From: an uncultured Gammaproteobacteria bacterium
GTDB taxonomy: Bacteria > Pseudomonadota > Gammaproteobacteria > Xanthomonadales > Rhodanobacteraceae
Assembly (NCBI GenBank): GCA_963720445.1
Contig: CAVRFO010000002.1
Span: 439,545-503,544 of the forward strand
Length of the DNA stretch: 64,000 nt
Direction: 5' to 3'
The first letter of the stretch is position 1. Every line of letters begins with the position of its first letter. Shown in pieces: positions 49,256 through 59,176 of this stretch. Both the position numbers and the translations under genes were made by a program. The notes under the pieces were generated by a model. That model worked only from the letters and a program-made list of their open reading frames with translations, was not told the DNA's origin and searched no databases.

Positions 49256-50742
49256 CGCGCGAAGCCGTTGACGAGCTCGCGCAGCGGTGCAAACAGATCG
49301 CTCGCGATCAAGCCGCGTGGTGATGCACCGGCAGCGATATCGCCGGCGCGTGCGTGCAGGCCGACCGCAAGCCGCGCCGCATCCCAGGCGGACAAACCTT
49401 GTGCGCGCAGCGCGGCGACCACGCCGGTCAGCAGGTCGCCCATGCCGCCCGAGGCCATGCCGGGATTGCCCCAACGGCACACCGCGACGCGGCCCTGTGG
49501 ATCACCGATCAGGCTGCCCGCGCCCTTGAGCACGACGACTGCGTCGTAGCGCACCGCGATCGCGCGCACGGCCGCAAAGCGGTCGTGCTGGATTGCAGCG
49601 ACATTGCAGCCGAGCAAGCGTGCCGCTTCTCCCGGGTGCGGCGTCAATACCGTCTGTTCGGGCAGCGCGCGCGGTGCTTGCGCGAGCAATGTCAGCGCAT
49701 CGGCATCGAGCACCAGCGGCTTGGCACTGTCGAGCGCCCTATCGAACAGCGCATGTCCCCACGCGCCATGGCCCATACCGGGGCCGATCGCGATGACACT
49801 GGCGCGTTCGATCAGTGCGGCCACGTCGTTCGCATCCTCGATGCCGCGCGCCATCAGTTCCGGGCGTGCGGCATTCAATGCGGTCACATGCGCCGCGCGG
49901 GTGGCGACACTGACCAGACCTGCACCGCAGCGCAACGCTGCCTCACCGGTCAGGTGCACCGCGCCGGCCATGCCATGATCGCCGCCGATGACGAGGACAT
50001 GTCCAAAACTGGACTTGTTTGAATTGCCACGCCGCGGTGCGAGCAGGCCGGCCAATGCATCGTCGATCACGTGCGCATCGGCGGCGATGCCATCAAACGC
50101 TGCGTCGGGGACATCGAGCAGCGCCAGTTCCAGCGCGCCGCAGCGATCGACCGCATCGCTGGTGAACAAACCGCGCTTCCACGCGATGAAGCTGATCGTC
50201 GCATCCGCCTGAACGGTCGCGCCGAGGCATGTACCGGTGTCGGCATCGAGTCCGGAAGGCACATCGAGTGCGAGTACATTGCACCGCGCCGCATTGAGCT
50301 TTTCGATCAGCATGGCCGCCATGCCGGTGACCGGCCGCGCCAAACCGGTACCGAACAAGCCGTCGACGACGACATCGGCCTCGGGAATTCCGATATCGAC
50401 ATCCGCAACCCGAATCAGGCCACCGGCCGCTTCGAACGCGTCGCGCGCACGCGCCGCGTCACCAGTCGATGCCGGCGTCAGCGCGATCGCATCGACACGC
50501 CACCCGGCCTGCAACGCCAACGCGCCGAGCAGGAACGCATCGCCGCCGTTGTTGCCGCTGCCGGCGAGGAGTCCGATGTGCGTGGCCCGCGGCCATCTCC
50601 GGCGCAAGACTGCGAACGCCGCGTCGGCGGCGCGCTGCATCAACGCAAAACCCGGGATGCCGCAACGCTCGATCGCATTGCGATCGATGTGACGCACCTG
50701 TTCGGCGGTGTAGAGCAAGGTCGTTCGGGCGTCGGCGGGCAT
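49252..50742 (-). CDS. nnr: Bifunctional NAD(P)HX epimerase/dehydratase
   Basis: GNNGGD, DGLFGTG, DVPSG, LDADAL, LTPHPGEA, MASGGMGD. Confidence 0.93.
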   Translation of the reverse strand: MPADARTTLLYTAEQVRHIDRNAIERCGIPGFALMQRAADAAFAVLRRRWPRATHIGLLAGSGNNGGDAFLLGALALQAGWRVDAIALTPASTGDAARARDAFEAAGGLIRVADVDIGIPEADVVVDGLFGTGLARPVTGMAAMLIEKLNAARCNVLALDVPSGLDADTGTCLGATVQADATISFIAWKRGLFTSDAVDRCGALELALLDVPDAAFDGIAADAHVIDDALAGLLAPRRGNSNKSSFGHVLVIGGDHGMAGAVHLTGEAALRCGAGLVSVATRAAHVTALNAARPELMARGIEDANDVAALIERASVIAIGPGMGHGAWGHALFDRALDSAKPLVLDADALTLLAQAPRALPEQTVLTPHPGEAARLLGCNVAAIQHDRFAAVRAIAVRYDAVVVLKGAGSLIGDPQGRVAVCRWGNPGMASGGMGDLLTGVVAALRAQGLSAWDAARLAVGLHARAGDIAAGASPRGLIASDLFAPLRELVNGFAR

Positions 50743-50826
50743 CCGGTGATTTTATCGTGATGCGACGGCGAACGCGCGGCACGCGTTATGCTGCGCATCG
50801 CATTTGAAATGCGCTGTTGCCGCGGC

Positions 50827-51906
50827 ATGAATCCGATCGATACCACCATCAATTACGCCGCGCTCGGCGTCGACATCCAGCGCTGGGGCAAGGAACTGGG
50901 CTTCCAGCAGATCGGCGTCGCCGGCATCGAACTCGCCGAGGACGAGGCGCACCTGCTCAACTGGCTCGATGCGGGTCACCACGGCGAGATGGATTACATG
51001 GCGCGCCACGGCGCCAGGCGCAGCCGACCGGCCGACCTGCAACCCGGCACCGTGCGCGTCATTTCCGCGCGCATGGACTACGCGCCACCAGGCATCGCCG
51101 AGGCATGGGACGTGATCGGCGACGGCGAACGCGCATACATCTCGCGCTACGCGCTCGGTCGCGACTATCACAAGTTGCTGCGCGCACGCCTGCAAAAACT
51201 CGCCGATCGGATCAGCGCGGTGACCGGTCCGTTCGGCTATCGCGTGTTCACCGATTCGGCACCGGTGCTCGAAAAGGCGCTCGCGCGCAACGCCGGCCTC
51301 GGCTGGATCGGCAAGCACACGCTGCTGCTCAGCCGCGACGCGGGTTCGTGGTTTTTTCTCGGCGAGATCTATACCGACCTGCCGCTGCCGGTCGACGCGC
51401 CCGCGACCGCGCATTGCGGAACCTGCACGCGCTGCATCGAAGTCTGCCCGACCCAGGCGATCATCGGCCCGTACAAACTCGACGCGCGCCGCTGCATTTC
51501 GTACCTGACGATCGAGTTGCGTGGATCGATTCCGGAAGAGCTGCGCCCGCTGATCGGCAACCGCGTATTCGGCTGCGACGATTGCCAACTGGTCTGTCCG
51601 TGGAACAAGTTCTCGCAGTCCACGGCGGAGGCCGACTTCACGCCGCGCCACGGACTGGAACACGCAAGCCTCGCGGAGTTGTTCGCATGGACCGAGCAGG
51701 ACTTCGACGAACGCACCGCGGGAATGGCGATCCGTCGCACCGGCTATGAAGGCTGGCTGCGCAATATCGCGGTCGCGCTCGGCAATGCGCCGCCGACCGC
51801 AGCGGTCATCGCGGCGTTGCGTTCACGCGTGGACGACGAATCGACGCTGGTGCGCGAGCATGTCGCGTGGGCGCTGCGCGAGTGCGAGCGCAAGGCTGCT
51901 CCGTAG
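50827..51906 (+). CDS. queG: Epoxyqueuosine reductase
   Basis: ISRYALGRDYH, DSAPVLEK, CGTCTRCIEVCPT, RRCISYLTIE, FGCDDCQLVCPWN. Confidence 0.95.
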   Translation: MNPIDTTINYAALGVDIQRWGKELGFQQIGVAGIELAEDEAHLLNWLDAGHHGEMDYMARHGARRSRPADLQPGTVRVISARMDYAPPGIAEAWDVIGDGERAYISRYALGRDYHKLLRARLQKLADRISAVTGPFGYRVFTDSAPVLEKALARNAGLGWIGKHTLLLSRDAGSWFFLGEIYTDLPLPVDAPATAHCGTCTRCIEVCPTQAIIGPYKLDARRCISYLTIELRGSIPEELRPLIGNRVFGCDDCQLVCPWNKFSQSTAEADFTPRHGLEHASLAELFAWTEQDFDERTAGMAIRRTGYEGWLRNIAVALGNAPPTAAVIAALRSRVDDESTLVREHVAWALRECERKAAP

Positions 51907-51913
51907 ACCCACC

Positions 51914-51993
51914 GCAAGAGCGCACCCTGTGCGCAATGCTTTTCCGCTGTATTTGCCTGACACGAAAGCATCGCGCACAGGGTGCGCTCCTAC
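51914..51993. repeat. GTAG-type REP doublet
   Basis: gagcgcaccctgtgcgc ... gcatcgcgcacagggtgcgctcctac. Confidence 0.8.
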
Positions 51994-52033
51994 CGTTCCC
52001 CGCGACGCATCAAGGAGGACGATCGCTTTCGCC

Positions 52034-52414
52034 TCAGGCCGCCTGCTTCGGAATCGAACGGTTCGTGTGGGTCACCTTGTTGTGGCGATCCACGTACACG
52101 AGCTTCGGCTTGTGCGCGGCCGCTTCCGCTTCGGCATAACAGCCGTAGGCGCAGATGATGATCACGTCGCCGGGCTGCGCGCGGTGCGCTGCGGCACCGT
52201 TGATCGAAATGATGCCGGAGCCTTCGTCGGCTCGGATCGCATACGTCGAAAACCGCTGGCCGTTGTTCACGTTGTAGATGTGGATCTGCTCGTATTCGAC
52301 GATGCCGGATGCGTCGAGCAGATCGCCATCGATTGCGCAGGATCCTTCGTAGTGCAGTTCGGCCAAGGTCACCGTGGCGCGATGGATCTTCGCCTTGAGC
52401 ATGTTGAGCTGCAT
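52034..52414 (-). CDS. panD: Aspartate 1-decarboxylase
   Basis: [12 protein letters not shown]...[21 protein letters not shown]. Confidence 0.96.
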   Translation of the reverse strand: MQLNMLKAKIHRATVTLAELHYEGSCAIDGDLLDASGIVEYEQIHIYNVNNGQRFSTYAIRADEGSGIISINGAAAHRAQPGDVIIICAYGCYAEAEAAAHKPKLVYVDRHNKVTHTNRSIPKQAA

Positions 52415-52541
52415 GGAGTCTCCGCGATGAATGTTGTATTTGCGCGACATGCGCGATGCGCACAGTATACCAAAGGCATGTGCGACTGCAGCATTGGCAC
52501 CCAAAAGGCGCATCGAACATGGGACTGCATGGAGACGTGAA

Positions 52542-52689
52542 TGCCGGCAATTGCTCCTGCAATGCCGCCCACAGGGATGTGGGAAGTGTCCGCGGGCGTC
52601 TGGAACGCCAGCGGACCGGCATACCGACCATTCCATGGTCATCGCCGGGATTTGCTCCTGCAATCCCGGCATACCGGCCATCCATGGCC
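52542..52689. repeat. Nested hairpin repeat with GGA-containing loops upstream of panD
   Basis: ttgctcctgcaa twice, gaccattccatggtc, ggccatccatggcc, cccacagggatgtggg. Confidence 0.7.
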
Positions 52690-52691
52690 AT

Positions 52692-52726
52692 AAAAAAACC
52701 CTCGCGCGATGCCGCAGCGAGGGTTT
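52692..52726 (-). terminator. Intrinsic terminator between panC and panD
   Basis: aaaccctcgc..gcgagggttt stem with a T7 tail on the minus strand. Confidence 0.78.
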
Positions 52727-52830
52727 CAATTGGAACGATTACCTAAATGCGCCCTGCATATCTTCGGGGACAACGAGCGTTGCGAAAACCCGGAGACGTG
52801 GGGAGAATACCACAACTCGCAACAAAAAAA

Positions 52831-53703
52831 CTACACGCGGTCGATGGCGTGCGCATCGACCAGCAGATTGTCGATCAGCCGTGTCGAGCCGAACCGGGCC
52901 GCGATCAGGGCGACGCATCCGTCACGTTGCGCGTTGTCGACGACGCCCAGGTCGTCGGCACGACGGATCACCGCGTAATCGACGACCAGACCTGCCTGCG
53001 CCAGCCGCTCGCCCGCCCCGGCCTCGATCTGCGCAATCGGCTGTCCCGCCACGATGCGCTCGCCCATCCATTGCAAGGTCGCCTGGATCACGCCGGCGCG
53101 CTCGCGCTGCTCGGCGCCCAGATACTGATTGCGCGAACTCATCGCCAATCCGTTGCGTTCGCGCACGATCGGCGCGGACGCGATCTCGATCGGAAAACCG
53201 AGGTCGTGCACCATGCGTCGGATCACCAATAGCTGCTGATAGTCCTTCTGCCCGAACACGGCTACATCAGGCTGGACCAGATTGAACAGCTTGGCGACGA
53301 CGGTCGCGACGCCATCGAAATGTCCGGGCCGCATCGCGCCTTCGAGCATATCGGACAATTCCGGCACACTGACGCGCACGCTGCGCTCGGCGCCGTACGG
53401 ATACAGGTCCGCGACGGCAGGCAGGAACAGCACGTCGCACCCCTGCGCGGCCAGTCCCGCCGCATCCGCCTCGGGCGTGCGCGGATAGCGCGCGAAATCC
53501 TCGTTCGGACCGAACTGCGTCGGATTGACGAACACGCTGGCTATGACGACGTCGGCGCGTTCGCGCGCGAGGCCAAGCAGCGAATGATGGCCGGCGTGCA
53601 GATTGCCCATCGTCGGCACGAACCCGATGCGTCGGCCGCTGCGCCGAAGCTCGCCGATGAGCGTGCGCAGCGCGTCGCTTTGACTGATCGTTCGCATCGA
53701 CAT
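52831..53703 (-). CDS. panC: Pantoate--beta-alanine ligase
   Basis: FVPTMGNLHAGH, FVNPTQF, RPGHFDGV, FGQKDYQQ, GLAMSSRN, RLIDN. Confidence 0.96.
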   Translation of the reverse strand: MSMRTISQSDALRTLIGELRRSGRRIGFVPTMGNLHAGHHSLLGLARERADVVIASVFVNPTQFGPNEDFARYPRTPEADAAGLAAQGCDVLFLPAVADLYPYGAERSVRVSVPELSDMLEGAMRPGHFDGVATVVAKLFNLVQPDVAVFGQKDYQQLLVIRRMVHDLGFPIEIASAPIVRERNGLAMSSRNQYLGAEQRERAGVIQATLQWMGERIVAGQPIAQIEAGAGERLAQAGLVVDYAVIRRADDLGVVDNAQRDGCVALIAARFGSTRLIDNLLVDAHAIDRV

Positions 53704-54518
53704 CAATAGCTGTGTTCAGCAGCCGGGAATTCGCCGCTGCGTACTGCGCGCGCATACGCGCCGATCGCGTCGACCACGGAGTTCGTACCGGCCAGGAAAT
53801 CCTTCGAGAACCGCGGCCGCTTGCCGGGCGTGATGCCGAGCAGATCGTGGACCACCAGGATCTGGCCATCGCAGGCCGCACCAGCTCCGATGCCGATGGT
53901 CGGGATGCGCAGTTCCCGCGTGATTTCCCCCGCGAGCACGGCCGGCACGCATTCGAGCACGAGCAGATCCGCGCCGGCATCCTGCACCGCGAGCGCATCG
54001 GACTTCAGCCGCTGCGCAGCGGCATCATCGCGGCCCTGCACGCGATAGCCGCCGAGCCGATGCACCGATTGCGGGGTCAGGCCCAGGTGCGCGCAGACCG
54101 GCACTTCATGGCGCTTCAACGCGTCGATCACCTCGCAGACCCAACCGGCGCCTTCGAGCTTGACCATCGCCGCGCCGCCCTCGGCCATCAGTCGCGCCGC
54201 GTTGGTCAGCGCGGTCGCGGGATCGCGGAAACTCATGAACGGTAGATCGGCGACCAGCAACGCGCGGCGCAATCCACGCGCAACGCAGGCGGTGTGATAA
54301 ACCATCTCGTCGACCGTGACCGGCAGCGTGCTGGCATGGCCCTGCACGACCATGCCAAGCGAGTCGCCGACCAGCACGAAATCGATGCCGGCCTCGTCGG
54401 CGCGCGCCGCGATGCTCGCATCGTACGAGGTGATCGAAACGATTTTCTCGGCGCGACGCTTGCGTTCGAGAAGCTGCGGCACGGTTACCGGGGCACTGGT
54501 CGCTGCGTTGGCGTACAT
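53703..54518 (-). CDS. panB: 3-methyl-2-oxobutanoate hydroxymethyltransferase
   Basis: [37 protein letters not shown]. Confidence 0.96.
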   Translation of the reverse strand: MYANAATSAPVTVPQLLERKRRAEKIVSITSYDASIAARADEAGIDFVLVGDSLGMVVQGHASTLPVTVDEMVYHTACVARGLRRALLVADLPFMSFRDPATALTNAARLMAEGGAAMVKLEGAGWVCEVIDALKRHEVPVCAHLGLTPQSVHRLGGYRVQGRDDAAAQRLKSDALAVQDAGADLLVLECVPAVLAGEITRELRIPTIGIGAGAACDGQILVVHDLLGITPGKRPRFSKDFLAGTNSVVDAIGAYARAVRSGEFPAAEHSY

Positions 54519-54589
54519 CGTGGAAGCACTCGACCGTGATCGGGTCCGCATTATTCCCCGCGCAACCGATCGATCTCAAGCGACGCGTG

Positions 54590-55081
54590 TCAATCGATCG
54601 GCACGCAACCGGTAGCGTCGACGCGGGCGAGCAGATCACGCACGACACCCGCGCCGGGAATCAGCAGCGACGCATCAAGTTCGGCCAACGGCACCAGCAC
54701 GAACGCGCGCGCGCCGATATGCGGATGCGGCAGGGCCAGGCCCGGCTCGGTCAATTGCAGCTGCGCATAGGTCAAAAGATCGAGGTCGAGCGTGCGCGGT
54801 CCCCATTGCGAGCCATCGCGGCGACGCCCGTGCGCACGCTCGATCGCAAGCAGGGCGTCGAGGAGTTCGCGTGGCGCGAGCTCGCTTGCGAGCTCGGCGA
54901 CCGCGTTGACGAAGGCCGGCTGTTCGGTGATGCCCCAGGGCGCGGTCCGGTAGGACCGGGAATGGCGCAGCAAACGCGTGCGCGGAATTTTTCCGAGCGC
55001 GTCCAGCGCGCGTCGAATCTGCTGCGCGGGATCGTCAAGATTGCTGCCGAGCCCGACATACGCACACGCAGCGCCCTGCAT
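54590..55081 (-). CDS. folK: 6-hydroxymethyl-7,8-dihydropterin pyrophosphokinase
   Basis: GLGSNL, QP.FVNAV, WGPRTLDLDLL, PHP...RAFVLVPL. Confidence 0.95.
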   Translation of the reverse strand: MQGAACAYVGLGSNLDDPAQQIRRALDALGKIPRTRLLRHSRSYRTAPWGITEQPAFVNAVAELASELAPRELLDALLAIERAHGRRRDGSQWGPRTLDLDLLTYAQLQLTEPGLALPHPHIGARAFVLVPLAELDASLLIPGAGVVRDLLARVDATGCVPID

Positions 55082-56472
55082 CAGTCACTCGCATCGCTCG
55101 TTTTCGCATCGACCCCAAGCTCCGCTCTCGCTTTGCGCCGACGTCGACGAGGACGTTTGCGCTTGGCCGGCGATGCGGCATCTGTCGCCGGCTCCGGCGC
55201 TGTCGCAGGCATCGCGCCCAACCGTTCGGCGAGTTCTTCCGGGGCGATGTGCTGCGCCTGTGTCCACCACGCACCCAGTTCGGCGAGCTCCGCCGACTCG
55301 TTCGCGCGCAACAGCAGGAAATCATAGGCGGCGCGGAATCGCGGATGTTCCAGCAGGCGCATCGCACGCTTTTTCGTGCGCTGTGCGAAGCGTGGTTGCA
55401 GCGCCCAGATCTCCTCGATGGTGATCGTGAAGCGCCGCGGGATCGCAACGCGTTGTGCCTGCTCGCGCAGCACGCGATCGACCGCGTGAGTCCAGGCCGA
55501 CGCCGCGTCCATGCCGGTACCGTGCAACGAGTGCGCGCCCACGCGCACCGGTTCCCACAGCATCGCTGCAAACAGGAACGCCGGCGTGATCGGTTTGTCC
55601 TCGCGCACGCGCGCATCCGTGTTGGCAAGCGTCTGCTCGATCAGGTCGCGAAAATGCGGCGCGGTGCCCGCCGCGAGCACGCGCGCGGTCGCCGGGAATA
55701 CATGCTGCAGCAAGCCGTAGCGTTCGAGCGCCCGAAAACTCTCCAGACCGTACCCGCCAAGAAACAGTTTCAGCGATTCATCGAACAGCCGCGCCGGCGG
55801 CGCATCCGCGAGCAACGGTCCGAGCTCCGCGAATGGCGCGGCTGTTTCCGGCGCGATCTCGAAACGCAGTTTCGCGGCCAGCCGGGCCGCGCGCAGCATG
55901 CGCACCGGATCTTCCCGGTAACGCAGTTCCGGATCGCCGATCAGGCGCATCACGCGCTGTTCGAGATCGGCCATGCCGCCAACCGCATCGCGCACGCTGA
56001 AATCGGCGATGTCGTAATACAGCGCGTTGACGGTGAAGTCGCGGCGCACCGCATCTTCCTCCAGGCTGCCGTAGACGTTGTCGCGAACGAGGCGGCCATC
56101 GACCGAGTGGCGGTCGCCGCTGCCGTCGTCGCTGCTGCCGCGAAACGTGGCGACCTCGACAATTTCGCGTCCGAACACCACATGGGCAAGCCGAAAACGC
56201 CGGCCGATCAGGCGGCAGTTGCGAAACTGCGCGCGCACCTGTTCCGGCGTCGCGTTGGTCGCGATGTCGAAGTCCTTGGGCTTGCCGCCAAGGAGCAGGT
56301 CGCGCACCGCGCCGCCGACCAGAAAGGCCTGATAGCCTGCCTCATGCAGGCGATACAGCACACGCAACGCACCCGGCGAGATGTTCTTTCGCGAGATCGA
56401 GTGCTGGGCACGTGCGATGATGCGGAACGACCGGTCGGCCGGGGTGTCTTGTACGAGTCGTTCCGAATTCAT
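55081..56472 (-). CDS. pcnB: Poly(A) polymerase I
   Basis: VGGAVRDLLLG..PKDFD, LIGRRFRLAHV, EVATFR, RRDFTVNALYY, HPRFRAAYDFL. Confidence 0.95.
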   Translation of the reverse strand: MNSERLVQDTPADRSFRIIARAQHSISRKNISPGALRVLYRLHEAGYQAFLVGGAVRDLLLGGKPKDFDIATNATPEQVRAQFRNCRLIGRRFRLAHVVFGREIVEVATFRGSSDDGSGDRHSVDGRLVRDNVYGSLEEDAVRRDFTVNALYYDIADFSVRDAVGGMADLEQRVMRLIGDPELRYREDPVRMLRAARLAAKLRFEIAPETAAPFAELGPLLADAPPARLFDESLKLFLGGYGLESFRALERYGLLQHVFPATARVLAAGTAPHFRDLIEQTLANTDARVREDKPITPAFLFAAMLWEPVRVGAHSLHGTGMDAASAWTHAVDRVLREQAQRVAIPRRFTITIEEIWALQPRFAQRTKKRAMRLLEHPRFRAAYDFLLLRANESAELAELGAWWTQAQHIAPEELAERLGAMPATAPEPATDAASPAKRKRPRRRRRKARAELGVDAKTSDASD

Positions 56473-56547
56473 CCGCTACAATTGCTCCGTGGATTGCCGC
56501 GCGTTATCTATTCGTTATACTACGCGGCCTGACAATTCCCAAATTGT

Positions 56548-56623
56548 GCTCCCTTCGTCTAGCGGTCCAGGACGTTGCCCTCTCAAGGCGAAAACACGAG
56601 TTCGATTCTCGTAGGGAGCACCA
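56548..56623 (+). tRNA. tRNA-Glu(CTC)
   Basis: GCTCCCTTCGTCTAGCGGTCCAGGAC..CT-CTC-AA..GAGTTCGATTCTC.TAGGGAGCACCA. Confidence 0.95.
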
Positions 56624-56630
56624 TGATTTT

Positions 56631-56676
56631 CCCTTCTCCCCTCGGGAGAAGGTGGCGCGAAGCGCCGGATGAGGGT
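56631..56676. repeat. CCCTTCTCCC-family palindrome
   Basis: cccttctcccctcgggagaaggtggcgcgaagcgccggatgagggt, near-copy of 317-362. Confidence 0.8.
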
Positions 56677-56755
56677 CCGGAACGAGTACTTGGTTCACAC
56701 TCGCACCGGAACTATTGTCCACGCGCAAAGCTTGCTCCGGGTCAGCGTGTGCTTG

Positions 56756-57004
56756 TGCGGTCATCCCTGACCGCGAAGATCAAACAGCGGCCATCCGTGG
56801 CCGCACTTTGGCGTTGCTGGTGCGGTCATCCGTGACCGCGAGAATCAAACGGCGGCCATCCATGGCCGCACTTTGGCGTTGCTGGTGCGGTCATCCGTGA
56901 CCGCGAGAATCAAACGGCGGCCATCCATGGCCGCACTTTGGCGTTGCTGGTGCGGTCATCCGTGACCGCGAGAATCAAACGGCGGCCATCCATGGCCGCA
57001 CTTT
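56756..57004. repeat. 65-bp tandem repeat, about 3.8 copies, two hairpins per unit
   Basis: Units start at 56756, 56821, 56886 and 56951; each has gcggtcatccStgaccgc and gcggccatccRtggccgc. Confidence 0.93.
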
Positions 57005-57067
57005 TTAACTAACGGCCTTGCTTCGGGCGTAGTACAGCGCGCTCGGACTTGCACTCCAGACCTCACC

Positions 57068-57391
57068 ATGCCCTTCGTCGTCACCGAAAATTGCATCAAG
57101 TGCAAGTACACCGACTGCGTCGAGGTATGTCCGGTCGACTGTTTCCATGAAGGCCCGAACTTCCTCGTCATCGATCCGGAAGAGTGCATCGATTGCACGC
57201 TGTGCGAGCCGGAATGTCCGGCGGTCGCGATCTTCCCCGAAGATGACGTGCCGGGTGGTCAGGAGAGCTTCATTGCGCTCAACGCCGAGCTGGCCAAGGC
57301 TTGGCCGGTGCTGACTGAACGCAAGGACGCGCCCGCCGATGCGAAGGAATGGGACGGCAAGGCCGGGAAGCTGCCGTTGCTGGAACGCTGA
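57068..57391 (+). CDS. fdxA: 7Fe ferredoxin (FdxA type)
   Basis: [30 protein letters not shown]. Confidence 0.95.
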   Translation: MPFVVTENCIKCKYTDCVEVCPVDCFHEGPNFLVIDPEECIDCTLCEPECPAVAIFPEDDVPGGQESFIALNAELAKAWPVLTERKDAPADAKEWDGKAGKLPLLER

Positions 57392-57484
57392 GCGGCTGCA
57401 ATACGATAAACCGCGTTGACTGACGCCGGCGAGACTCCGCTTTGTCTCGCCAGGCGGCTTCCGGCTCGATGGCTCTGGCAAGAA

Positions 57485-57530
57485 GCATCGCGGCTGAAGC
57501 CCGTCCTGAGCCTGTCGAAGAGCCGCTCCC
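57485..57530. repeat. REP arm with a nested CCTGAGCCTGTCGAAG element
   Basis: gcatcgcggctgaagc-ccgtcctgagcctgtcgaagag-ccgctccc. Confidence 0.7.
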
Positions 57531-57595
57531 GCGTTGCCCTGCTCCGCCAATCATCGCCCCGATCCGGGATCGTCCAGACCGAGGCTGGATGATTG

Positions 57596-58255
57596 TCAGG
57601 ACAGCCGTTCGCGCAAGGTCGCCAGCAGCGCCTGCGCGGCGCTTCTCGACGCTTCGCTATCGGCACCTTCGACGCTGACCGTGCTCGCATTTGCGGTATT
57701 CGATGTCACGCGAACGGTCAACTGCACTTTCGCTGTCGTCTTGGTTCCGGCGTGGCCGAGGGTAACCACCCGCTTCAACCAGCCCGGCTTGGTCGTGGTC
57801 TGCCCGGTCGTTTCGACCGCGTAGGTGCGACCCGCTTCGTCACGACTCAGGATCACTGCCGCACCGGATCTCTCCAGAGCCAAGCCGACACGCGACCAGG
57901 TGTTCTCAAGCGTATCGGCGACATGCAGGCCGTCGCCGCCGAGCGAGACGCCGGGCGCGAGCACGGCCGCCGGGGGGGCCATGCCCGGGGCGCCAGCCAC
58001 GGGAGCGGCGGCGGATGATGGGCTGGTGGTGCTGGTCGTGGCCGCGCCCGGAGTCGGAACGACCAGCGCGCCATTGCCGTTCGGCGCATCCAGGTCAGGC
58101 GGCACTTCCAGCGGCCGCGCCTCGACGGCGTTCGAGTAGGCCGGGGTCTTGTGACCGAAATGGTTGTGGATGATTCCGCAGCCACCCAGAAGGGAAGCGC
58201 CGATCAGGGCGGCCGGCAGCACGATAAGGTTCCGTTTCACAGAGTACATCCGCAT
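57596..58255 (-). CDS. BamC/NlpB-like lipoprotein
   Basis: Lipobox LGGC, PLEVPPDL, W.RVGLALER; directly downstream of dapA. Confidence 0.75.
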   Translation of the reverse strand: MRMYSVKRNLIVLPAALIGASLLGGCGIIHNHFGHKTPAYSNAVEARPLEVPPDLDAPNGNGALVVPTPGAATTSTTSPSSAAAPVAGAPGMAPPAAVLAPGVSLGGDGLHVADTLENTWSRVGLALERSGAAVILSRDEAGRTYAVETTGQTTTKPGWLKRVVTLGHAGTKTTAKVQLTVRVTSNTANASTVSVEGADSEASRSAAQALLATLRERLS

Positions 58256-58273
58256 GGGAGTCGTCCGGATAGT

Positions 58274-59176
58274 TTACCCGACTGCAGGCGGCGGCTCGAC
58301 CAGGCCGAGACGAGCCAGCACATCGACGCCTGCCGCGTGATGCGCAGCGGACAGCGCCAGCAGCGGCAGGCGCAGATACGCCTCGCCAATGCCGAGTTCG
58401 GAAAGACACCACTTCACCGGGATCGGATTGGGCTCGGTCGCCAGCAATGCGTACAGCGGGCGCAGCTGCTGATCGAGCGCCTGCGCCTGCGCGACGTCGG
58501 CGCGTGCACAGGCCGCGCACAACGCGCTGAACAACGCGGGGGCGACGTTGGCCGCAACCGAAACGACACCGTCGGCGCCGGCCAGCATCGCGCGGGCGGC
58601 GGTCGGGTCGTCGCCGGACAGCACGCTGAACGTCGCACTCTTGAGTGCGAGCAACGCACCCATCCGATCCGCATCCGGCAGTGCTTCCTTGATTCCGACG
58701 ATATTGCCGTGACCGGCCAGCCGCGCAACCGTCGCCGGCAACAGATCGCAGCCAGTGCGCGAAGGCACGTTGTAGAGCACGACCGGCAGACCGCCATGAT
58801 CGGCGACTTCGCAGAAATGCCGGTACATCCCTTCCTGGGTCGGGCGCACGTAGGCCGGCGCAACCACCAGCGCCGCATCGATGCCTGCAGCGCGCGCGCG
58901 CGCCGTTTGCGCAATCGTCTTGCGGGTGGCCGACAAACCGCTGCCGGCAAGCACGGGCACCCGGCCAGCAATGCGTTTCACGGCAAATTCGAGCAGCGCC
59001 GAATATTCGCTGTCATCGAGTGCCGCCGCCTCGCCGGTCGAACCGGCGACCACGAGCGCGCGCGTACCGCCGGCGAGCTGGTAATCGACCAAGCGACCGA
59101 ACGCATCCAGATCGAGTGCGTCGTCGCGCGAACGCAGTGGCGTCGCCAATGCGCAAAGACTGCCAGACAGGGCCAC
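58274..59176 (-). CDS. dapA: 4-hydroxy-tetrahydrodipicolinate synthase
   Basis: ALATP, GSTGE, LYNVPSRTG, IVGIKEA, LSGDD, EPNPIPVK. Confidence 0.95.
   Translation of the reverse strand: MALSGSLCALATPLRSRDDALDLDAFGRLVDYQLAGGTRALVVAGSTGEAAALDDSEYSALLEFAVKRIAGRVPVLAGSGLSATRKTIAQTARARAAGIDAALVVAPAYVRPTQEGMYRHFCEVADHGGLPVVLYNVPSRTGCDLLPATVARLAGHGNIVGIKEALPDADRMGALLALKSATFSVLSGDDPTAARAMLAGADGVVSVAANVAPALFSALCAACARADVAQAQALDQQLRPLYALLATEPNPIPVKWCLSELGIGEAYLRLPLLALSAAHHAAGVDVLARLGLVEPPPAVG

Noticed and set aside
56756-57004. Tandem array as a CRISPR array
   Set aside because: The sequences between hairpins are near-identical rather than unique spacers, and there are no cas genes in the window.
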